Shown in pieces: positions 18,565 to 28,940 of a DNA stretch of 64,000 bases. The DNA comes from an uncultured virus (IMG/VR IMGVR_UViG_3300036770_003021) (taxonomy: Duplodnaviria; Heunggongvirae; Uroviricota; Caudoviricetes). The stretch's first letter is position 1. The number at the start of each line of letters is the position of its first letter. The stretch spans positions 1-64,000 of the IMG/VR virus record IMGVR_UViG_3300036770_003021; one strand, written 5' to 3'. The translations under genes and the position numbers were made by a program. Below the pieces are notes generated by a model. It worked only from the letters and a program-made list of their open reading frames with translations, was not told the origin of the DNA and made no database searches.

Positions 18565-21173
18565 TTATTTCCTTGTCTGTCAACATCATATCGCATATTC
18601 ATAGAGAAATCATTATTAGCTACATCATTATAATCTTTATCGCCATAAAGATCGGTTGTACCAAATGTAGATACAGTAGCAGTTTCTCCAGCATCCGCCT
18701 GAGTCATAGTTGCAACAGGAGCATTTCCCCACAAAGCTCTTCCTGTTTTTGGTCTGTCTTTTTCCATCAATGACATATTGATAGTAATTTCCGCTTCTCT
18801 TGGAAATTGTGCAACTTTACCTTTCATACTGGTTTTGTCAAATGTAAATATATTTCCTAAATTATAACTCCAATCTTGTTGTTGTACAGTACTTTCGTTA
18901 ATTAATTCCCAAGATGCGTCTTCAGGTATACTAACATTGCACGAATTTAAAACCACACAGTGGTTTTTGTAAAAATCTCCAAGTGTAAATTGTACCATCG
19001 GTGGTATCATAAATCCGCCATTTACAGTGGAAGTATAATTAGAAGGTCTGGTTAAACCCACCAAATAGTTTACACGTTGCCACATAGGCAGTAATTCTTT
19101 AACAGAATGTGCAACCACTTTAAAATTGAAACTAACGTCTCTGGTAAATCCTTTGTAATAGTATAACTTATCAGGTCTACCCAAATATTCAATTGGTTCC
19201 CAAGTAGATGTATTGTTTTCTTGCAACCCTTTTACAGTAGCATTAAACGGTATAAATCTGTTATTAACTATATCATAGAAGTAAAACTTAACCAAATCAG
19301 GACCCAATCCGTTAAATTGATCATTATATTTTTCAGCAAATTCATCCGCATTTAATACACCCAAACTGTTAACATAGTCAACATTGTTGGTGGGTCTTAT
19401 AAATCTATCTCTACCTTCTTTTTTACCCAATAGAGTTGGAAACTTTTCTTTTCTTTCATATCTGATTCGACCAGTATAAGTGTATTGATTTGCACTATCA
19501 GATCCATCAGGATTGGTTCTGTCTGATTTTACTTTTGCTAAATAATTAAAACCAACATCATCTGTAGCATACTGTTGTGTTTTTCCAAATATAGGATCTA
19601 CACCATACTTTAAATTGTCGTTTCCAGCAATTTTGGTTTTTAAAATTCTGCTTAAATCTTGAATATATTCTACAGTTTTATCTGTTTTATCTGAAAGTGT
19701 ACGTTGATAGTTTACAGATAATTTAGGATCGGTATATTGTTTATAGTTTAACAATTGATCACTATATTCTACATCTCCATCTATTTTAACTAAATCGCCA
19801 TATCTGTTTGTATTAGCTCCGTCTACAGAACTAATTTCAACATTACTAATTGTATACGAATCTGTTAATTTACCAACGCCAGGTGTAGTTGAATATGTAA
19901 CAGATAAAAAGCTGTTGTTTCTTAAATTTTTATTGCTTTGAACATATAGTCTCAATCGTTTAGAAACTATGTTTGTCAGAGGAGTGGCAAAAAATCTCAT
20001 TCCACTTGTACCACTGCTGTTTCCTCCTGTTATTTGTTGTAATCCAACTGCTTTTAACAATCCACCAATAAAACCACCTTTTGATTTTGGTTGTGTACCT
20101 GTATATAACAAATTATTACCCTGATTTAAATTAACATTTAGATTAGCACTCTTCTTACCACTTGTTCTGTCGTGTGTAATAGAATTGCTCCATCTATTGG
20201 TATTCAACATCAGATCATATGTATCTTCATCAGCTCTGTAATTTAATCCTGCTATTGGTTGAGTAGGTGGCAACAATCCACCTAGAATCGTATTATTCTT
20301 TAAAAATGACCCAGCTGCTTTTAGTAGATTACCAAAGAATCCACCTTTGCCTGTAGAATTACTCATCAAACTCTTGTATCGTTTGTTGTTGTAACCAGCA
20401 GTAGCTGTATTACCTCTTAGTAATCCTTTAACACCATCTCGACCTGTAATAGGCATTACTTGATCTGCTTTGTCACCACCCCCAAGTAATCCTGTAAAAT
20501 TGAAAAATCCACCCAATCCACTCTTTGGCTCACTAGCTGCACTAGCCACACTACTACGTGGCGGAGATGGATTTCCTTCAGTAGCACCAAACAATCCACC
20601 TATAGCTTTGGTAATACCACCTATACCGGCAGCACCCATTAATCCACCAACAATATTGCTACTATCTATAAATCTGGTGGGTCTTTCTATAGCACCAAAT
20701 GTTGATAATCTAACCGCAGCCAAAAGAGGACTTGCTGGATTATAAATCTTGGTTTCGTCAAATGGAGCAAATCCTTGTAATAGTATTTGTTTTGTTAAAA
20801 AAGTACCACCTTTACCAGATCCTAGAAATCTTCTGATTCTGGTACCGTCTCTCAATGCGGATTGTATAGGAAACGATCTGCTAACATTTATCTTCTGACG
20901 TTGACCTTGATTTGGATTTGCGTAAAATGGAGGTGCTAATTCGCTGCTAATTAATCCTCTTGCGTATAAATCAGTTGGTTTATTCTTGCTATATAATACT
21001 TCGTTGTTATTATTAGTATTGAATAATGTTTCTAATTTACCAGGCGCTCTTAGATTTATATATTGTTCGGCATTTGGCGGCAAAGATAAACCCGCACCTT
21101 GTATATTAGAAAGTGTGGTAACTTGCGCACCATCATTACCTATTGCGCTAGAATATGTATTACTATTTGCCAT
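18561..21173 (-). CDS. Putative baseplate / tail-tube initiator protein
   Basis: C-terminal IPFNATVKGL..W....YLGRPDKLYYY.GF.R.VSFNFKV tube-initiator-like domain; follows tape measure. Confidence 0.55.
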   Translation of the reverse strand: MANSNTYSSAIGNDGAQVTTLSNIQGAGLSLPPNAEQYINLRAPGKLETLFNTNNNNEVLYSKNKPTDLYARGLISSELAPPFYANPNQGQRQKINVSRSFPIQSALRDGTRIRRFLGSGKGGTFLTKQILLQGFAPFDETKIYNPASPLLAAVRLSTFGAIERPTRFIDSSNIVGGLMGAAGIGGITKAIGGLFGATEGNPSPPRSSVASAASEPKSGLGGFFNFTGLLGGGDKADQVMPITGRDGVKGLLRGNTATAGYNNKRYKSLMSNSTGKGGFFGNLLKAAGSFLKNNTILGGLLPPTQPIAGLNYRADEDTYDLMLNTNRWSNSITHDRTSGKKSANLNVNLNQGNNLLYTGTQPKSKGGFIGGLLKAVGLQQITGGNSSGTSGMRFFATPLTNIVSKRLRLYVQSNKNLRNNSFLSVTYSTTPGVGKLTDSYTISNVEISSVDGANTNRYGDLVKIDGDVEYSDQLLNYKQYTDPKLSVNYQRTLSDKTDKTVEYIQDLSRILKTKIAGNDNLKYGVDPIFGKTQQYATDDVGFNYLAKVKSDRTNPDGSDSANQYTYTGRIRYERKEKFPTLLGKKEGRDRFIRPTNNVDYVNSLGVLNADEFAEKYNDQFNGLGPDLVKFYFYDIVNNRFIPFNATVKGLQENNTSTWEPIEYLGRPDKLYYYKGFTRDVSFNFKVVAHSVKELLPMWQRVNYLVGLTRPSNYTSTVNGGFMIPPMVQFTLGDFYKNHCVVLNSCNVSIPEDASWELINESTVQQQDWSYNLGNIFTFDKTSMKGKVAQFPREAEITINMSLMEKDRPKTGRALWGNAPVATMTQADAGETATVSTFGTTDLYGDKDYNDVANNDFSMNMRYDVDRQGNK

Positions 21174-21190
21174 TAATTATAAATATCAGA

Positions 21191-24100
21191 TTAATTGGTT
21201 GTTGCTTGACCAAATGAACCAAATTTTGAGTTACTTGTTGCTAATAATTGATTTGCACGCTGACCATCAATATACACAGCAATTTGACCAGATGCCATCA
21301 TAGAAGTCAATTTATCAAGTTTTTCTGCTAAAACTCTATTGGAATTTACAATTGTATTGATCAATAAATCATCAGTTTTTACACTTGTTTTTGATTCAGT
21401 CGCAGTTTTTGATGGAGTTTCTTCTGATGTTCCGACTATTCTACCAACAAAACTAAAAGTTTTTCCTATTGTATCAGATATAAATGAACCAATACCTTTC
21501 ATTTTTTCCCATACTTTTTCAAGAGCACCAATAATAAAAGTAAACGCTCCACTGAATGTGTCTTTGAGAAAAGTGCCCACTTCAGATACAGCAGACTTTA
21601 TTAGTTCAAATCCTTTTTTAAATGGATATGTAATTACATCAAATAACATATCTACTACAGATTTAATACCATCGACAATTGACAAACCAAGTTCAGATGG
21701 GGAAAATCCTAACCATTTTTTAATTCCTTCCCAAGCAGCATTAAATGCTCCTATGATTATATTTGGAATTTCTACTACTAAAGATGCTAGTCCTTTTAAA
21801 ATAACCAATCCTAATTTTGCGGCTATTTTAACTAAAGCTATAGGCAATTTAACAAACTGAAATACAATCATTTCATATGCCAAATGTCCAATATTATAAA
21901 AAATTTTACCCCAATCAATTCCTCCACCTCCACCACTAAATAACTCTTCTATTTTATCAGGCAAACTTGTCAGTGCATCTAATAAAAAGTTGGTTACATC
22001 TTTGTATATTGCTCCAAAATCTATCTCAGCTAAAAATGATGGTATCTTTTTAAGAAAATCCCAAACCATTTTTAATGGTTCTATTACCAAAGAATTAATT
22101 ACAGCTTTTAATCCGGCTACTGCTTTTTGACTCACGGTGCCTGTAGTTTCATTAAATGCTTTAAAAAATGCTATGCCGCCTTGGATCACAGATACAACTA
22201 GTCCTATTGGTCCTAAAAATTTAGCTACTGCTCCAAAAATCGGAGCAAGTTTTGAAAAAACGCTAATTCCTCCTCCTATTTTTCCAAAAATATTTCCTAT
22301 TATACTGCCAGTGCCACTTATAAATTTACCGAATCCACTAAATACACTCCCTATTGTTTTACCAACCGTAGATAATATGCTTGTGCCAGTAGAAAGTGTT
22401 GTGAACACCGATCCTATTATTTTATAAAATCCACCGGCAATTGATGCGCTTGATTTAAGAGCAGACCCAACTTTTCCTACGGATTTGCCAAGAATTTCCG
22501 CATACTGAGAAATATATTGTAAATTTTTAAATACTAAAAATGCTTTGCCTATTTCTTGAGCAAATTCTTTAATTTGAACTCTGTTATCTTTTATATACTT
22601 TAATAACTGTGTAAATATTGGTCCAATTTCTTCCAATATAGGCCCAATAAATTCCATAAAAATTGCATTAATTTCATTTTGCAACTGTTTCATTCTGGTT
22701 TGATTTTTTTCTTGAATCAACCCTTTTTCATATTCGGCTTGAGCAGCTTTTTTAGCAGCAATAGGATCGTTCTTCATCATTTCCGCCATTTGCTTTTTCT
22801 TCTCTGCTTCGGCTCTTACCAATGGATCTTTTGATTTTAATGCTTCTTTCAGATTTTCTTCAGCATTTAACATTTCTTGCAATTCTTTTACAGTCTTACC
22901 AGCAGCTTTTGCAAACGCGTCTTGTGCAATTGGATTTAACTGATTGAACTTAATTTTCTTAGCTTGATCCAATATTAATTTATTTGCCCCAATAATATCG
23001 CCTTGAAATGCCAATCTGCGAGCTTCATTAAAATTAATATTTTTACCAATCAATGCACTAGCTTTTAATTCTGATTGAATACTACTTTCAAAGTCAAGCA
23101 AACCCTTTGCAGTTTTTGCCATATTGTCAAGAGTAGTACCCATTTGTCTAGCTTGAGCTGCAGCTCTAACCATTTCATCTGCATTTTTACCAGCAAACAT
23201 TCTAGCTTCTTCAGATGCATTTGCGACATCGTTCATTACATCGTCCAACCCAACTCCATAAGCATTTGCAGCAAATTTTGCCAATCCCAACATATTTTGT
23301 TTGGCTATTGCACTTTTTCCAGATACACCGCCTAACGTTTGTAGAAACTTAACACTTGTTTCAGAAGCTACTCCAAATTGAGCAGACATTATTGAAACAT
23401 CTTTAACCAATCCTTTTTCCATAGATTGCAAACTTGTAAAAGTTGAACCTATTTGTTTCATTGTTCCGCCAAGTTGTTCAGCGTTTATACCAAACTCAGC
23501 TAACTCAATAGAAGCTTCTCGTATGTTTTTTTCAAAAATTGCACCCTGACTTGGTAATAGTCCAAATTTTTGTCTAACATTTGTAGCAGCGGTGTCAATT
23601 TGATTAAAAACGTCTAATATTCTTTCAAAAGTACCAGCTAATGTGGTGGGTATATTTAGTTTAGTTGCTAAACCCGAAGCCAAATCACCCATCTTGTTTA
23701 ACAACTTTACACCCATCTCCAATGATTTGTTATATAAATCTATTAACTCGTTTGCTGCTTTTAGTAAAAAATTATGTCGTTTTAACGATTCTAACTTGGA
23801 AGCACTGTTTTTCAATAAATGTTCTTCCAAATTCAACTCGGTTGATTTTTTATTAATTAAATCTTGTAAAGCTATAACAGTATCGCTGGTAGGATCTTTA
23901 CTTTGCTCTACTAGAAGTTCAGCTGCTTTTGTCGATAATTCATTTTGTAAACTCTCTATTTTTATGTAACTGTTGATACGTGCCTGTGCAAATTCATTTA
24001 ACTTTTTTTCAGAATTTACAAATTTTGATGATAATTTTTCTTGTAAACTTTTTCCTTTTAACTGTTCATCAAGCTTATCTTTTTGTGTTTTATATGCCTG

Positions 24101-24250
24101 TCCTAACTGTTTGGCTATATCAACCATTCTTTTCTCAGTATCAACTATCTTGTCTAGATTAGACAGAGTATCTTTGGTTTCAGCGTTTAAATTGTTAAAC
24201 GCCTCTACTAGTTTATCCGCTGTTGCTTTATCAAATGGTTGTGCTGCCAT
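21191..24250 (-). CDS. Tape measure protein
   Basis: 1019 aa, Ala/Lys-rich helical, Gly/Ile/Phe-rich middle, periodic W/F residues, VYIDG near the C-terminus; position in the tail module. Confidence 0.8.
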   Translation of the reverse strand: MAAQPFDKATADKLVEAFNNLNAETKDTLSNLDKIVDTEKRMVDIAKQLGQAYKTQKDKLDEQLKGKSLQEKLSSKFVNSEKKLNEFAQARINSYIKIESLQNELSTKAAELLVEQSKDPTSDTVIALQDLINKKSTELNLEEHLLKNSASKLESLKRHNFLLKAANELIDLYNKSLEMGVKLLNKMGDLASGLATKLNIPTTLAGTFERILDVFNQIDTAATNVRQKFGLLPSQGAIFEKNIREASIELAEFGINAEQLGGTMKQIGSTFTSLQSMEKGLVKDVSIMSAQFGVASETSVKFLQTLGGVSGKSAIAKQNMLGLAKFAANAYGVGLDDVMNDVANASEEARMFAGKNADEMVRAAAQARQMGTTLDNMAKTAKGLLDFESSIQSELKASALIGKNINFNEARRLAFQGDIIGANKLILDQAKKIKFNQLNPIAQDAFAKAAGKTVKELQEMLNAEENLKEALKSKDPLVRAEAEKKKQMAEMMKNDPIAAKKAAQAEYEKGLIQEKNQTRMKQLQNEINAIFMEFIGPILEEIGPIFTQLLKYIKDNRVQIKEFAQEIGKAFLVFKNLQYISQYAEILGKSVGKVGSALKSSASIAGGFYKIIGSVFTTLSTGTSILSTVGKTIGSVFSGFGKFISGTGSIIGNIFGKIGGGISVFSKLAPIFGAVAKFLGPIGLVVSVIQGGIAFFKAFNETTGTVSQKAVAGLKAVINSLVIEPLKMVWDFLKKIPSFLAEIDFGAIYKDVTNFLLDALTSLPDKIEELFSGGGGGIDWGKIFYNIGHLAYEMIVFQFVKLPIALVKIAAKLGLVILKGLASLVVEIPNIIIGAFNAAWEGIKKWLGFSPSELGLSIVDGIKSVVDMLFDVITYPFKKGFELIKSAVSEVGTFLKDTFSGAFTFIIGALEKVWEKMKGIGSFISDTIGKTFSFVGRIVGTSEETPSKTATESKTSVKTDDLLINTIVNSNRVLAEKLDKLTSMMASGQIAVYIDGQRANQLLATSNSKFGSFGQATTN

Positions 24251-24285
24251 ATAATATATAAATATGACAACTATATTATTTTACA

Positions 24286-24504
24286 CTAAAAAGGCTTATC
24301 TACTTTACCCGACTTTTTAGCAGGTTCTTTGTAACTATCACTTTCTTTGTTCTTTATGTTTGCTAATTGAGCATAGTAAAAATTACGTAAAAATACAGGT
24401 AAATTATACGCAATTTGTACATTTACCGCTCCTTGCGAGAAATAACTCAATTCAAATATTTGACCGTGAACTTGTAACTTATATTCAGGACTCAGGCCAA
24501 AAAA
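24286..24504 (-). CDS. ATG-less ORF, probable frameshift extension of the tail assembly chaperone (gp51/gpT-like)
   Basis: 72 sense codons FFGLSPEYKLQVHGQIFELSYF...YNLPVFLRNFYYAQL...KPF in the +1 frame starting at a T7 run; no ATG/GTG. Confidence 0.65.
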   Translation of the reverse strand, partial: FFGLSPEYKLQVHGQIFELSYFSQGAVNVQIAYNLPVFLRNFYYAQLANIKNKESDSYKEPAKKSGKVDKPF

Positions 24505-25309
24505 ACTGTACCGTCATCGGTACATCCATCCTTTCCACCTCACCACAGTGTTCACATACAAAGTCAAAGCCCATATCCAATTCAGGCGCAATTGTTTTAA
24601 TATAAGCTCTTAGTGCCATACTGTCTTTTGACAACAACTCATTGTCAACAAATTTATTGATAGCTGCAATATCTGGTTTTCCATCTATACTTACGATCAG
24701 CTTTTTAAGTCTGGTAGTTACTTCTGTGCTGGCTTGTTTTTTGATCTTGGTCATCGCTTTGATATCACGATCAATGATTTCTTGATCACCAGATGTAACG
24801 AGCTTAAAAGTTATTTTACGTTTACAGAATGGAAACTCAAATTCAAATTCATTGCTACCTTTCTGAAACTTATTGAAGTCCACTTCTTTTTCATTTAATG
24901 TACTTAAATCAATATATGTTTTGTTTTCGGTATTACATTTTTTGCACTCAATTTTAACAGGTCCGTATTTGTCACCATATGCCAAACGTCTAGCAGCAAC
25001 AAACAGTGCGTTTTTGTCTACCATCAACAAATCTTGTGTTCTTACACCTGGTGTAACAATTAAAGATTCAAGCAATTTATCCAATACAGTGCCGTTTTTG
25101 ATGAAGTTTTCATTGGTTAATATGTCTTCTTCTCTAGCAGTCATCATCTTTAATTCCACGCTACCTTTGCTTAGTGGACTAGACTCATCATAGAAATATC
25201 CTTTGGATGGCAATTCTATTGTTTCCGCAGGATAACTTGTAGGTGCAGCTGTTGTTGATGCAGTTGAATGCTGTTGCTTTAATTTTTGAATTATAATTTC
25301 GTCACTCAT
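24485..25309 (-). CDS. Baseplate hub assembly / tail assembly chaperone (T4 gp26-like)
   Basis: IELPSKG..Y, MTAREEDIL, two CxxC motifs, terminal FFWP. Confidence 0.75.
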   Translation of the reverse strand: MSDEIIIQKLKQQHSTASTTAAPTSYPAETIELPSKGYFYDESSPLSKGSVELKMMTAREEDILTNENFIKNGTVLDKLLESLIVTPGVRTQDLLMVDKNALFVAARRLAYGDKYGPVKIECKKCNTENKTYIDLSTLNEKEVDFNKFQKGSNEFEFEFPFCKRKITFKLVTSGDQEIIDRDIKAMTKIKKQASTEVTTRLKKLIVSIDGKPDIAAINKFVDNELLSKDSMALRAYIKTIAPELDMGFDFVCEHCGEVERMDVPMTVQFFWPES

Positions 25310-25358
25310 AACTTTATAACAATATATAGAACTTTATATAACTTTTGTGTTATTATAT

Positions 25359-26270
25359 TTAAATTGATTTCAACTGATGTTGAGCAGCATCACGAGCAGC
25401 TTTTTTACTATCTACCGCATCTTTTTTGTTTTTTACATTTAGTTCAGCTCTGTCTTTTTCTTCGGGGGTAGTTGCAGCTTTTAAATCGTCATTTGCTTTT
25501 GTAAGTTCTTGTTGTGCCGCATCAAGTTCAGCATTACGAAGAACCAATCCTGCTTGATTCCACTTTTGTCTTGCAGATTTTATTTTTGCATCATCTTCTT
25601 TCATTATACCTACAATCAATTTCTTTAATAACTTCTTTTGCTTTTCAGTTAATTTACCGGCGTTGTTACCCAATCTATTGTTTAGTATATTATGAACATT
25701 TGTATTATAATTACCAAACAAATCAGTAATAAAAGCCTTTTGTTGTTCTGGGGTTAATGTAGCATATTGAGATCTTAATTGACTTGCGCTTCTAGCTGGT
25801 AACCCTAGTACTGTAAAATCTGTAGTTGGTACTGTTATCAAGTATCCGTGTTTTATGGCTGGATCCAATTTGGATTGATTTTTTGGCAATGGCTGTAAAT
25901 AAGAAGGAGATCCATCTTTTTTTACAAAGTTTTTGAATCGTGGATCTTCAGCCATATCCTTTTCACTAACCGCAAAAATAATACTATCACGTTCTATATT
26001 AATCGGTATTTGACCAGCTACACTTTGCAAGTTGTAGTTGTTTTTGACGTTTAGTATTTTGTTTGCGGGTATACCTGTGGCAATCATCATTTGCTTTTTT
26101 TCATCAAAAGTAAATGGTGATTTTGGCAATTCTGTAACACCTGTGGTTGTTATATATACATCATTACCACCAAATTTAGTGGTTAGATAGTTGTATACAC
26201 TTTTGTGACCGTTATGCCATGGGTGAAATCTTCCAGGGAATATTACGAATGTTTTTTTATTAAGTTGCAT
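25359..26270 (-). CDS. Cytidylyltransferase-like (HIGH-motif) nucleotidyltransferase with coiled-coil tail
   Basis: FPGRFHPWHNGH, SPFTFDEKK, SASQLR. Confidence 0.75.
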   Translation of the reverse strand: MQLNKKTFVIFPGRFHPWHNGHKSVYNYLTTKFGGNDVYITTTGVTELPKSPFTFDEKKQMMIATGIPANKILNVKNNYNLQSVAGQIPINIERDSIIFAVSEKDMAEDPRFKNFVKKDGSPSYLQPLPKNQSKLDPAIKHGYLITVPTTDFTVLGLPARSASQLRSQYATLTPEQQKAFITDLFGNYNTNVHNILNNRLGNNAGKLTEKQKKLLKKLIVGIMKEDDAKIKSARQKWNQAGLVLRNAELDAAQQELTKANDDLKAATTPEEKDRAELNVKNKKDAVDSKKAARDAAQHQLKSI

Positions 26271-27002
26271 TTAAATTTCCTCTATTATTTTAGTTAAATA
26301 CGTTTTATCAATATTATGTCGTTTACGAATATTTTCAGTTGCTTTGATGAATCTAAGATTTTTAATATTGCCTATAATTTCCGGCGGGATTCTGTTTCTG
26401 AATCCATACCATATCGATACAGCGTGATCCAGATGGTGTGCGTCTATTTTATCATTCAATCTACCACGTTTATCATAATTCTCCAATGATTGAATTGGCT
26501 GTAAACGTGTTATCATCCAAACATCGTTATTATATTTTTCCCAGTCACTTAAATTGCGTTTCCACTCTTCATATGAAATATTCAATTGTGATTCAATTGT
26601 ACATTTTCTAATTTTTTCTCGCATTTCAATAGTTGACAGTGATTTTTTTGTATTTTCTTTTATTTTTTTAAGTGTAACATCGGTATGTTTTTTCCCATAT
26701 CTTGGAGATTTAGTTCCAATTTTACCGAACATTGGATTACTAGTACCTATTTTTGATTTTTTTATTTTTTCCCGAACTTCTCTTCTTTTTGACGGATTGT
26801 TTTCGCCGACCATATCTAATCTAGATTTACCATAAAACGGATGATTTTCTTTGATGTTAAATTGTGGATTATTTTCGCCTTTTTTGGAACAAGACTTACA
26901 AGTACTATTTTTTGCAATTGATCTATTTAGTTTAGATTTATTAACATAATTTAAAATTTTGCCGCAGTTAGGACAATTTTTTGTAAATTTGCTTATTTGC
27001 AT
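26271..27002 (-). mobile_element. HNH homing endonuclease-like gene with zinc ribbon and NUMOD3-like repeats
   Basis: CPNC..CKSC, GENNP/NPMFGK/YGKKHT repeats, HLDH...NLRFI...N; likely start MQISK at 27002. Confidence 0.75.
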
Positions 27003-27015
27003 ATAGTAATAAATA

Positions 27016-27048
27016 GAAAACCCCACAAATAAATGTGGGGTTCTTTTT
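27016..27048. terminator. Terminator after the tail tube gene
   Basis: aaccccaca/tgtggggtt stem with A and T runs on either side. Confidence 0.75.
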
Positions 27049-27061
27049 GATACAATAAATA

Positions 27062-27553
27062 TTAATATTGGAGAATTGCGTAATCGTATGCTACAGATAA
27101 ACTGATCATCTGCGCAGCACCGTCATCGCTCCAATCCATTTCTTGGAAATCAGCGCTTACGATAAATGAACCTACCAACTTCCATTCTTCTACTTTGTCA
27201 CCTACTGGACCCAAGACGTTAATTGTTAGATCCTTCTTATAGAAGTCTTGGTAACCATCACGACCAGTAACTGATTCGTGGTGCAAACGTACCCATTCCA
27301 TTACTGCTTGAGCGCCGGATGGTACAATTGGATCATAAAGTTCCATACTGATTTCATCCCATACACTTTTACCCTTGTAGTAGGTTTTTACGTTAATATG
27401 GTCAAGTTCCTTCTTGGCTTGTGTTAGTTTAGGACGATTGACCTTTTTGATGATGAATGATGGAATACCATCAACATAAAGAATAAAACGATTCTTTACT
27501 TTTGGTTCAAAAGCTGTTGAAAAAATTTCTGATGGATTTAGTAGTTCTGCCAT
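27062..27553 (-). CDS. gp19: Tail tube protein (T4 gp19-like)
   Basis: FEPK..NRF, RP..T, KGK..W..I...LYDPI, EW, YKKD.T...LGP.G..VEEW.L.G.F, YDYA. Confidence 0.85.
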   Translation of the reverse strand: MAELLNPSEIFSTAFEPKVKNRFILYVDGIPSFIIKKVNRPKLTQAKKELDHINVKTYYKGKSVWDEISMELYDPIVPSGAQAVMEWVRLHHESVTGRDGYQDFYKKDLTINVLGPVGDKVEEWKLVGSFIVSADFQEMDWSDDGAAQMISLSVAYDYAILQY

Positions 27554-27616
27554 ATTTTTACCTTATTGTTCTTGAATATAAATATTAAATGATTTAGTTT
27601 TATATAAAGTTTTTTA

Positions 27617-28780
27617 TCATTTACTCAAATTTTTATCTGTAATATTTGTGATAGCATCTTTTAGTTGATTAACGTAACCTGTGGATCTTAAAAGTTTGAA
27701 TACCAAGTTTTCTGTACTATATTCGCCACTCTTACTTAATCCAGCTTCTCTCATTTCATACAAACGTTTAACCAAACGCTTTAATTTATCTAAATTTTGT
27801 TCTTTTATAGCTGTGGAAATAAACGAAACATATTGTTTGTATTTCTTTGTAATAGCATCTTTATCAATCTGAATGTCTTCTATTTTTGGCTTTTTTACCC
27901 ATTCATTTTTCATCAAACTATATACAGCTTGACTTCTATTGACCTCTTTAATATCTTGAATGTAAACTTCCACAGGATGATTACCTATTCTAATGTTGTG
28001 GTTTTCATTCCATTTGCTTTTTAAACCATCCACATAATTCTTAACCAATTCTTCATTTGGATCAATTTTGGAAAAATCCACAACCAAATGTAAGTCAATA
28101 TCACTTGTTGGTGTCCAATTATATCCAGCAGTACTACCAAGAAAGTATATATTCTCAAGCGGTACATTCAAATCAGTATCTTTGTAAAAAGTATTTGCAA
28201 TAGTTAATAACTTGTTTAATACGTCAGGTTTAATAGCATTTTCAGTAGCCCATATCTCAGGATTTAAAATGCTATTATAAATTCTATGAGATTCTTTAAT
28301 ACCCAACATTTCTTTTAGTTTATTAATTGTATCTATTGCGCTTTTATGCAATATTGCTTTACCACCAGCTTTGATAAAATCATTTACATTATCTTCACGG
28401 TCATCTATCAAAATACTATCAGGAGATGCAAATTTTGCTTTTAAATTTCTATGCGGTACCAAATTAGCTTTAATATCAATATTGTTATTGGCTAACCACT
28501 GCTTTTTACCAACATATGCCAAATTGGTAGGGGCATGACTCAATATCTCCACAGGTAAATTTGATACAAAATTATAAAGCAATCTGCCATCTTTCATCCA
28601 AGGCATACTAGAATAGTATTCAGGACAATTCTTATCTACAAACTTAAATCTATTCTTTTTACCGTGTTCAGCATCATAAGTTTCAACAGGTACACCACCA
28701 CTATATCGCTTGAATTGCAATTCCCAATCACTTATCACACCATCCATATCCAAATATATTTTATGTTTATTAGTAATCAT
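27617..28780 (-). CDS. Fusion of a HAD 5'(3')-deoxyribonucleotidase-like domain and a Pol-beta-superfamily nucleotidyltransferase
   Basis: N-terminal IYLDMDGVI, ILS, K..W, ILIDDR; C-terminal LGSTAGYNW...SDIDLHL...VEVYIQD. Confidence 0.75.
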   Translation of the reverse strand: MITNKHKIYLDMDGVISDWELQFKRYSGGVPVETYDAEHGKKNRFKFVDKNCPEYYSSMPWMKDGRLLYNFVSNLPVEILSHAPTNLAYVGKKQWLANNNIDIKANLVPHRNLKAKFASPDSILIDDREDNVNDFIKAGGKAILHKSAIDTINKLKEMLGIKESHRIYNSILNPEIWATENAIKPDVLNKLLTIANTFYKDTDLNVPLENIYFLGSTAGYNWTPTSDIDLHLVVDFSKIDPNEELVKNYVDGLKSKWNENHNIRIGNHPVEVYIQDIKEVNRSQAVYSLMKNEWVKKPKIEDIQIDKDAITKKYKQYVSFISTAIKEQNLDKLKRLVKRLYEMREAGLSKSGEYSTENLVFKLLRSTGYVNQLKDAITNITDKNLSK

Positions 28781-28940
28781 TTATAATAAATAGTAGCATA
28801 TTATGCGCTTACAGTTAATTTAACTATCAATATTTTAGTATTATTATTTAATAATTAACTTAACCATTTAGTTAACTAAGCGCTAGCTTTAGCTTATACT
28901 TTATATAAAAGCAAAAGTCAAGTGTTATATTAATTTTAAT

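Noticed and set aside
28795..28940. AT-rich intergenic stretch with short palindromes as a possible origin
   Set aside because: No clear iterons; can be explained by a promoter-like TTGACT-N17-TATAAG and general AT richness.
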